The notes under the pieces are model-generated. The model searched no databases. It had not been told where the DNA came from and saw nothing but the letters and a program-made list of their open reading frames with translations. A DNA stretch of 57,885 nucleotides from Candidatus Micrarchaeota archaeon (GTDB taxonomy: Archaea > Micrarchaeota > Micrarchaeia > Norongarragalinales > UBA8480), in contig JAKAOM010000004.1 in the NCBI GenBank assembly GCA_021812145.1, positions 1 to 57,885 on the forward strand, written 5' to 3'. Position numbers and translations under genes: made by a program. Positions 43,419 through 52,200 of this stretch are shown here, in pieces (position 1 is the first letter of the stretch; the number at the start of each line of letters is the position of its first letter).

Positions 43419-44876
43419 ATGGCTGGAGAAGTGGAAAAGAAAAGCAGCACCATATTTAAAACTGTTGTCAAAGCTCAGGAGCCTTTCGTTCCTCCTTCTG
43501 AAAAGAATAAGTTCATGCAATATCACAGCGGGGTTTCTTCCGGGGATCTTGAAAGGCTGGGAATAGAATTCGGAGTTAGGGATTCAAGGGGTTTGGAGCA
43601 CGCCGAGAGGGCGAAGCATGTTTTCGGAATAAACGGGGAAGAATTCAAGAAGGTTTACGATAACTTAAGAAATAGCGGTTTCGGGCCTTCTGACAAAAAC
43701 ACGATAGGGGACAAAACCATTTTTGTTATAACAAGCGGGCTGCATAAGAAGTTTGAAAACACCGCGTTCGGGCTGCTTTTGTCTTCAAGGAAGGACACGA
43801 AAAAAGCTTCAGACAGCGACATAAACAGGAGCATTGCCATCGAGTCAGAGCTTAAAAGGGACAGTCCGTTGAAAAACTCTGGTTTAAACGCTTACAAGAC
43901 TGAAAATAAGGATGAGGTTATAAGCGCTTTAAATGATTATGATAATATCAAAAACCTTCCAGGAGCTATTGACACGTTGGTTTACAGCATCAAAACAAGC
44001 ATTCCTCCCAAGGTTTTGCATGAAAGCATAAGAGATCTGGAGGGCGTCGAGCAAAAGAAAAAGTTTCTGGAAACTGTTGAAAAGCTCATGTCCAGGCTGG
44101 AGACGAAAAAGGGGGCTGAAGCAACCAGAAGGATCACGCTGAATAAAATCAAGGCTTTCAACAAGGTTAAAAACGACCCTTTTTCACGCGAGGTTTTTGA
44201 GTTGAGCATGAGCACAGGGCTTAATTTCAACGATCTGCTAAAGGAGGTTAGAAGGGTTGGGGACGAGGAGGAACTTAGAAAGGGAATTGTCAGGAATTTT
44301 GAAACCTTCAACAGAAGGGTGTCGGATGTTTTCGGAGGCGATTTCGCAGAGCGGTTGAGCGCCAAATCTACTTTTGAGATTGGGTCCGAGTTGAGCAAAA
44401 AGGGATTAAGCCTGGATAGAATGCTGAAAGACGAGGCGGTAAAAAAGCTTTTTCTAGCAACGAGGTTTAACAGGCCGTTTGTCGAAGAGTTGAAGGTGAA
44501 ACCGCTTGGCTTTATTCCAGCCGATAATTTCGCGAGGCTTTACACTCTAAGCAGGAGTTACGGCTTGGACTTCAAAAAGCTTGTGCAGAATTACGGGGGC
44601 GAAAACGTAAAAAGAAATCTGAGCATAATTCTTAACGAGGCCAGAGGCGCAAAGCCTTTAGGCCTAACCTACAGCAACCTCATGGACAGGTTTAGAAAGC
44701 TCGGAATTCAAACCAACGAGGACAAGGAGGTCGGCTTGATCGCCTACAACAAGGGGATACCTCCAGAGCGTTTTGCGAGAATAAAGAGGGATGCTGAGAG
44801 CGCAGGCCTGCATCCTTTTGTTCTTGTCGACCTTTTGCCTAGGGGCGGGGTAAAGCAGAAGCAAAGCCCGGCATAG
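43419..44876 (+). CDS. hypothetical soluble protein with a recurring G-[LI]-x-[FLP]-x-x-[LFM] helix motif
   Basis: 485 aa with no TM helix. At least eight copies of the motif occur: LGIEFGV, FGINGEEFKKVY, TGLNFNDLLKEV, KGLSLDRMLKDE, LGFIPADNFARLY, YGLDFKKLVQNY, LGLTYSNLMDRF, KGIPPERFARIK. Confidence 0.5.
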   Translation: MAGEVEKKSSTIFKTVVKAQEPFVPPSEKNKFMQYHSGVSSGDLERLGIEFGVRDSRGLEHAERAKHVFGINGEEFKKVYDNLRNSGFGPSDKNTIGDKTIFVITSGLHKKFENTAFGLLLSSRKDTKKASDSDINRSIAIESELKRDSPLKNSGLNAYKTENKDEVISALNDYDNIKNLPGAIDTLVYSIKTSIPPKVLHESIRDLEGVEQKKKFLETVEKLMSRLETKKGAEATRRITLNKIKAFNKVKNDPFSREVFELSMSTGLNFNDLLKEVRRVGDEEELRKGIVRNFETFNRRVSDVFGGDFAERLSAKSTFEIGSELSKKGLSLDRMLKDEAVKKLFLATRFNRPFVEELKVKPLGFIPADNFARLYTLSRSYGLDFKKLVQNYGGENVKRNLSIILNEARGAKPLGLTYSNLMDRFRKLGIQTNEDKEVGLIAYNKGIPPERFARIKRDAESAGLHPFVLVDLLPRGGVKQKQSPA

Positions 44877-44910
44877 GTTTTTAATTGTTTGAATCAAATT
44901 ATCTTGAACG

Positions 44911-46197
44911 ATGAAAACAGCGAAAAAGGGTTTTATATCCACTCCTCTGCTTGGAACCATAATCTTTTTGATAGCGCTTGTTTTTGTCGTGAATTTGAGT
45001 TTGAGCGAAAGGAACGCGGTTTCGCAGGCTACTACTAATGCTTATGACAATAGGCTAGTTAGCCTTATCGACTCCTATAATCTTGACGCCGCAAGCCAGA
45101 TGACTCAGAGTGTTAAGTCAAGCGTGGAAGGGTTTTTGGGAGGGGGTTGCTGGACTGCTTTCAACATTCCTTACGCTACAAATAGCAATTCCAACCTATC
45201 CTCTGATCGTTTTCAGTTCTGCAATAATGCGCTTACTCTGATTAAAGACGTTGCTTGCACTCAAACAACAACCGGTGTCAACGGTGTCAACAATTACTAT
45301 ACTAAGGGGGTTACGGTACCTCCAGTTTTAAGCACCACGTTTGGCTTGCAAAATGAGCTTTCTTATTTAACCTCTCCCCAGAGTTTTGAGAGCTTCAATC
45401 TTTACGCCACCAACGCGGCTAACTTAACTAATCTTATTGGTAGTGGCCTTTATATTAGTTTTTGCAACGCTCTTCTTGGAGAACCTTTGTTTGACTGCAA
45501 TGCTTTTGCTGCTGGAAAGTTTCAATGCTGTTTGAACGCCCCTTCTAATAACAGCGTTTACACAGGCCAGCCTGAATGCAACCAAAGTGATTCGAATTAT
45601 GTTCCGGGGTGCGAGGATGGAACTTTTTATTTCATGCTTAATCTTACAGATAGTAACGTTTATCCTTACCTCCCTAGGGTTGGCGCTAACGATTCAAGCG
45701 GAAATTTTTTGAACTCCAATGTTTTGGCGTATTCTAACCCCTATATTTATATAAACTATCCTTTGTTCAAGTATTTCAACGCCACTTACACTGTAGTTCA
45801 GACAGTAGTGTCTTCACTAAATTCACCCTCATATAACTGCAAGTACGCGCCTGGGGGCGGGTTTTCCAGTATTCCCTCTGTTAGTTGTTCTTCATCCCCC
45901 CCTAGTAGTATTGGAAGTTTAATAAATTCTTCTCTGTCTGAGTATGGTTTGAATTACCTAAATTTTACCTCAACTTCTTCTTTTCTATGCCCTTCTGCTG
46001 GTACTTCCTGCCCATCTAACCTGTCTGCCTTTTTTACTTCTAGTTCGTCCTCGCCATGGTATTTTACTGCACCTTATTCATCAATGTCACTTCAAACTAA
46101 TGATTGGAGTCCGTTGTATCTGGTTAATCCTCAAAGTTCAAACCAATTCTGCATGGATATTAAATGGGATAACGCTTTCTCTTATGTTACCGGTTGA
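44911..46197 (+). CDS. large Cys-rich secreted protein with type IV pilin-like (class III) N-terminal signal
   Basis: 428 aa. MKTAKKG|FISTPLLGTIIFLIALVFVVNL has basic residues, Gly and a hydrophobic helix. The remainder is Asn/Ser/Thr/Tyr-rich with more than 12 Cys and many N-x-S/T sequons. Confidence 0.6.
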   Translation: MKTAKKGFISTPLLGTIIFLIALVFVVNLSLSERNAVSQATTNAYDNRLVSLIDSYNLDAASQMTQSVKSSVEGFLGGGCWTAFNIPYATNSNSNLSSDRFQFCNNALTLIKDVACTQTTTGVNGVNNYYTKGVTVPPVLSTTFGLQNELSYLTSPQSFESFNLYATNAANLTNLIGSGLYISFCNALLGEPLFDCNAFAAGKFQCCLNAPSNNSVYTGQPECNQSDSNYVPGCEDGTFYFMLNLTDSNVYPYLPRVGANDSSGNFLNSNVLAYSNPYIYINYPLFKYFNATYTVVQTVVSSLNSPSYNCKYAPGGGFSSIPSVSCSSSPPSSIGSLINSSLSEYGLNYLNFTSTSSFLCPSAGTSCPSNLSAFFTSSSSSPWYFTAPYSSMSLQTNDWSPLYLVNPQSSNQFCMDIKWDNAFSYVTG

Positions 46198-46223
46198 TGT
46201 TTTTTTTATTAAAACCGGTTTTT
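46189..46223 (+). terminator. possible hairpin terminator between the pilin-like gene and giant gene 1
   Basis: ACCGGTT (46189..46195) pairs with AACCGGT (46213..46219) across a T-rich loop and is followed by TTTT. Confidence 0.3.
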
Positions 46224-46240
46224 GAAGGCATGAAAAACAT

Positions 46241-46250
46241 TTTTAAATAA
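46241..46250 (+). promoter_or_regulatory. TATA-box-like element upstream of giant gene 1
   Basis: TTTTAAATAA lies 22-31 nt upstream of the ATG at 46272. This would give a leaderless or very short-leader transcript. Confidence 0.3.
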
Positions 46251-46271
46251 TGAGCATTCAATTTTACTTTA

Positions 46272-49200
46272 ATGGACTTGAAGTCTTTCACCGACAGTTT
46301 AAAGGTGAAGTATGAGGATTTCGTTTCAACCTTGGAGGATAAAGGAGTTCCTCACGCAAGGCTCGTTGTTCCTTTGGTTGCTTTGCTTGTGGTTGCAGGG
46401 CTTGTTTTTGTTGTTTTATCCTCGTCTTCTATCTCTTCATACGGGGTTAAAGTAATCGACTTAAACACTTCAGCTCCCATTCAAGGGGCTAACGTCAGCG
46501 TTTTTTCAAACGGAGTTTTAGTTGCGAGCGGTTTAACCGACTCTAATGGAAACGCTGTTTTTAACCTAACCTCAGGAAGTTACACCATTTCCGCCACTTC
46601 AAGCAATTACCTTTCATCTTCTTCAGTTAAGCTTGTTCCTGGCGCGGTTGTTCAGCTTCAAAGTTCAATTCCTCCTTCTATGAATGTTGTTGTCAGTGTT
46701 TTGCAAAACGGGCAGCCTCAGCTTGGTCAGTTTATAACCCTAAGTTTCAGCGACGGTACTTCTGTCAACGGCAATACTAATATTAATGGAAATGCTTCTA
46801 TTCAAGTTCCTGAAAGTGAGTTGAGTAACGGCGCTACAGTGAGCGTTGACGGTAATTCAATTCCTGTTTCAAGTTCTGCCTTGTCTTCTGGATTGGTTTT
46901 AGTTAATTTGACTTCCTCTTCTCAGCCGTCTGCAATGCTTTACGTCTCTGTTGAAAGCCCTTCAGGAACGCCTGTGGGTGGAGCCCAGGTAAGTGTTTTA
47001 AGCAGTTCCACTCAGAGCGTTTTGGCTAATGGTTTCACCGACTCCACTGGCAGCGCTTCTTTCAACATTAGTGTAGGTTCAAGCGTTTACGTTACCGCTT
47101 CTGCTTCAGGTTATGGTTCTGGTTCTTCTAATAATTTTGTTTTTAATTCTTCTCAAAGAGTGGTTGTTCAGCTTTCAACCGTTTCGGCTTCCAGTAATTT
47201 AACGCTCAGCGTTCTTGATGAGAACAGCAATTTGGTTTCAGGTGCTACCGTAACTGTTTTCACGATGGGAAATAATCAAGTGTTTTCTCAAGCCACTCAA
47301 GGCGCTCCTCTTCAAATTCCATTAGCTTCAGGCGTTTACTACGCCAATGTTCAATACTCTGGTTATCTTCCTGCGATTGTTGAAAACCTTCGGGCTGGAA
47401 TGGTTAAAAGCGTTAGTTTGACTCCTTTAACAACTGGAAATTATGCAAATGTAAGCGTTTTGGTTTTGCAGGATGGAAGCGCTTTGCCAGGAGCCAGCGT
47501 AAGTTTCTACACTTCTGACGGGTTGTTTTTGTTCAACGGTCAAAGCGACGGCAATGGAATGGTTGAGGCTGCACTGCCTTTGACTCTTAACAGCCAGCCT
47601 TACAGTTTTTACGTGAACGGTTCTTATAACTCTCTTTTAGGGGAAAGTGATGTTTTTCAAATAGGAAACGACAATGTTTCCCTTCCGCTTTCAGCCCCTC
47701 CAGCCCAGTTGAAGGTAAGCATTGTTGATTTTGCTTCCAAAGCAGCGGTAACGGGGTTTGTCAACGTGGTGGTTGGAGGCAATATTATTAACACTTGCAA
47801 TGGCACTTCTTGCGTTTTGAACGTTCCTGGCGGTTCTGCTTTTAACTTGAACGTTCAAGCTTCAGGCTACCTTCCTTTCACTTCAAGCGTTTTAACTTAC
47901 GCTTCTGGCAGTTTGAATTCTTTGACTGTTCCTCTTTACCCGCTTGGCTTGGTTTCAGGCGCCAGCGCGAGTTTCGTAGGTTTGTACGATTCTAATGGGA
48001 ACAGGGTTTTGCAGGTTGTCAATGGAATGACTTACGACGCCAGGTTTTTGGTGAACATGCCTGAAAGCGTGCAAAGCGCTGGGTTTTACGTTAGGGTTGG
48101 AGAGGAGGGAAATTCTTCAACCGACCCTGCTTTCATAACAGGCTACACTCCTGCTTCTTTCATTCAAACAGGCAGCGTTTATCCTCAGGACTGCACTTCT
48201 GGCGACAACCCTTCAAGCCAGGCGAAGTGGCTTTTATGGAGCTTCCCTCAGGGTTTTACAGGAAGCAAGGAGGTGGATGTTAGGATTCAGTTAAGCCTTA
48301 ACTCTTCAGCTTCCACTCCTATTGTTTTGTACTACAAGGCTTTCGGTCAGCTTTCCAATGGCTTGAGCGTTTACTCGCCTGTGAATACTGCTTTAACTCA
48401 GGGGAATTTCAGTCTTTCAGCCGCGTGCAATTCAACTGATTTTTCTCAAACTCTTCCTTTCTCTTCAAATCCTTTGACTTGCAGCGTTATTAACAATCAC
48501 GAGTTTTGCTATTCGATGAGTTTTTCAAGCAACGGCTTCAGCAGTTTGAACTTCAACCCTACCTTAGGTCAGCAGTTTCAGGTTAACTTGAATGTTTTAA
48601 GCGACGTGGGCATCAACGGTTTGACTTTGTACGCGCCTAACTTTAAAATTTCCCAGAACAGCTTCTCTCCTGCTAGTTCTTCCTCATCTAAATTCTCGGA
48701 AAACAACTTTCTGAGTTTTCAATCATCCGACCTGTCTAGTTTGACGGCAAGCTCCACTGATATTGGAAGTCTTCTACAAAACTCCCAGTCATCCACTCAA
48801 TCTGTTGGAACTTTGATTCCATTCGCCGCCAACGCAAACCAGCTTTCCACCCTTTCCCTATCTTTAACTCCTATAACACCTACTGTTTACGCGCCTCTTT
48901 CTTTCAACTTCCAGGCTGATGACGGTTCGCAGCTTAGCTTTTCTCAAAACTTAAACATTCAAGGCACTGGAACGCTTAACGTTCAGGTTTCTCCCAATTC
49001 CTGGACTGCGCCTGGAAACATAAAAGGAAAAATGACCATAACAGATGGTTTCGGCAATCCTGTGAGCGACGCTACCGTTTCTCTTACCGAGTGCTACGGA
49101 AGTCCTTTTAACGGCAATCCGCCAGCGGTCAACAGTCAAGGAAATGGTGTTTACTCTTTCCAGGGCCAGTTGTTCGGAGGAGGAATTGTTGGAGTTTCAG

Positions 49201-52200
49201 TGCAGGATCAAGGGTTTAAAAATTACGATTCCTGCAGCGTGCCTGTTCAGGAGCAGAGTTTTCTAAGCGTAAACCCTTCCAGCCTTACTTTTTCAGGCGA
49301 TTCGCTGAATCCAATCAGCCAGCAGGTGACTGTTTCAAATCTTTTGAACAATCCTGTAAAAGTCAGCGCTATTGTTAATTGTTATTCGGGAAGCAATATT
49401 TTTTCAGCAATTCCGCCTTATCTTACTCTGCCTGCCAGCGGTTCGAATCAAATAGCGGTTAACGTGGTTCAAAATTCAAGCGGTAACGCTCAATGCGTTT
49501 TAGATGTGGTTGGTGTTGACGGCAATTCAAGAGATTCCGAGCAGGTGCAGCTTTCTGGAAGTGTTTCCTGCCCTGAATGCGTTTTAAACCAGCAGATCGC
49601 TTATGAGTTGAGCAATCTTCCTTCAATGATAGCGCTTTACCCTGCAGGCCCTCAAACCGTTGGGCAGACTGTTTACGGCTTTAATTCAATTCCGGTAAAT
49701 TTCCCTACCGTTCCCACTTGCTCTTTGAGTTTGACTCAAGGAGGAGGCGCGTTTCCCTTCTCAGGAAGCATGTATCCAGGCGTTGCGATTAGTCCTACTG
49801 GAAGTCAGCTTGTGCAGTACGGCTGTCAAACTTGCAGTTCCAATGGCGATGGGAGTTTCAACTGCAATAATTGCCAGAGTGGGTATCCTTCTGCTTTCAG
49901 TTGCGAGATTTGCCAGCCTTCTGAAAATTACCTTCCTTCCACTTACCAAAACAATCTTTACAACAGCAATCCAGGTTACTTGGTTTTGTGGCCTAGCGCT
50001 TCATGCAGCTCTTGCATTTCAGGCGGAACTGTTGGAGTGGTTGCTTCAGGCGTTGCCAGCACTAACGGGTTGATTTCGCTTCCTGTTTCCCAGCAGCAGT
50101 TTTTCGGCAATGTTTTTTCAGGTAATAATATTGGAATGTCCGGCATGTTTGGAATTGGCGGAATGTTCGGCCAGCAGGGGCAGGCTAGCTGCACTGCAAA
50201 CCAAATTCAGGTTTCAGCTGCTTTGAACCCTTACAATTCAATCTCAGGGACTTTAACCTTGACTTTTTCGAACGGCATGACTGCGCAGATTCCTGTGGTG
50301 GGTCCTGCGGCAGGAATTCTTGGCTTCAGTCAAATTGCCAACGCCACTCCTCAGGAGAACTGCAACTTCCCGAATCTTTTCACCGTTAATCTTTACAGCA
50401 ATCTTTCAGAGCAAAATTCAACCACTGCTAATATTAATAACAATTGCAATATACAGGATAGTAATATTAACAATTATTATTTTCAAGGAAATCCTTTGAA
50501 TGGTAATTTTGGATGTAAATTTTCTGAATCCAACAATGTTTTAAGCGTTCAGAATTGCGATTTTTCAAGTTCTTCTGACGTTGCTAGCTATTATATAAAT
50601 AAAGGTAATGTGGATGATTTAAACGCATCTTCAACGATTGGAGTTGCAAAGCAGGGACAAAAGAAATATAATGTAAGCGTTAAATTTACTATAGGTAATT
50701 TAGATTATCATCTTAATGTCTTTAATGATTCAGACGCTTTACACAAAGATTATTGTGGAGGTGTTTTAGATTGTCCTGCCTCTGACAGTAATGGAAAGCC
50801 ATTTCTTAACGTGAGTTATGGTTTCCCTCAAGTAGCCAATTCTCAGCAGAAGTTTGTCACTTCTACTTTCAATGGGCAGACGAGTTCTTATGCAGTTAAT
50901 GATTTACAGGGTTATTTGTCAATTCCTGTAACCACCCCTATAACTCAAGGTTCTGTTTATAACCTTGGTTTGAATGTCACTCAGGGCAGCACCAGTTCAA
51001 GAATTACGACTTGCGCTGTTACTGTAAATCCTTGCTCGTCATCACCTACTCCTATCCCAAGTCAACCTTCTTGTACTTTAAGTCAAACGTCAATCAAGAG
51101 CGGAAGTACTGAAAATGTAAATGTTAATGCATTGGTTTCACTAACCACTAATCCAGCTTCAGTTATTATCAATTGTGGAAACCAGCAGTCAGTAACTGCA
51201 AATTGTGCTCTTACTAAAAACAATAATCTTTATCAGGGAACATGCAGTGGAATGTGTTCTTATACTCTTACTTCTAATTCACAAACATACTCTATAAACT
51301 CAGCTCCTGGCGGTGGCGCTACCTGCGCTCCTTTATCCATTAATCTTAATAGCAATGGACTACAGCCTAATCCTTCAACATATACTCTTGCGTTTTACCA
51401 GCAGTTCGATGTTGGTGATTTTAAGAACAATCTTTTCAGTCTGCTTTCAACCAGCCAGCTGACAGCAGGTGATAATGGACGCGGTTATGTTTTATTAACT
51501 CCTTCCACTAAATTTGTTGTCTACTCAACTAATCCAGCCATAAATGCTATTGCATTAGTTCCTGCGTCAGATTCAACTATTCCCTCCTCTGATTGTTCAA
51601 GCAACCAATATTTAAATTGCTGGAATAAGTTCAATGGTGGTTTTATTTACATACCTGCTTACAACATATTTAGTGGGCCTGTGTCGTCATCATACAGTAT
51701 TCTTCCTTCAACCTATGAATACCCTTCAAATCAGGCGTTCAATATATTAATAAAAGAAAATAGTGGTTACCTATATATTTCTAGTTTAGGCGGTAATAAT
51801 GGATATACTACCTCAAATTCAGCTCCTGGAAATTTGAATGGTGTTTTGGTTATAAGTCCTGATTATTTAGGTGGGACAACAGGGGTAATAAACGGAAATA
51901 GTAAGAATTATAATATTTATTCAAGTTGCGCTACCCCTTCAGCTAATTCAATAGGAAATGTTTGGGTTTTTAAAACAACTGCTGACAGTTCGCTTAACTT
52001 ACAAAACTATGTCCCTGGCTCTTTTGACATAATTTCAACTAATAGTGGAAGCCTTAAAACTTCCCAAGGTCAAAACGTTTATTTATATGGTTGTTTACAG
52101 TCAGGGCAGTCTGGAAATGCAGTTGCTATAACCTCAAACATACAGAATCTTTTCAGTGTTAATCCGCTTATAACTTCAAATTCTTTACATAAAAACAGCG

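Noticed and set aside
48951-50194. Short antisense or out-of-frame ORFs within the giant genes (48951..49139, 49761..49949, 49783..50073, 49976..50194, 54787..55005, 55067..55270, 55375..55569, 56401..56648, 57644..57874)
   Set aside because: All are embedded in the long, internally consistent giant reading frames. They have no independent signals.
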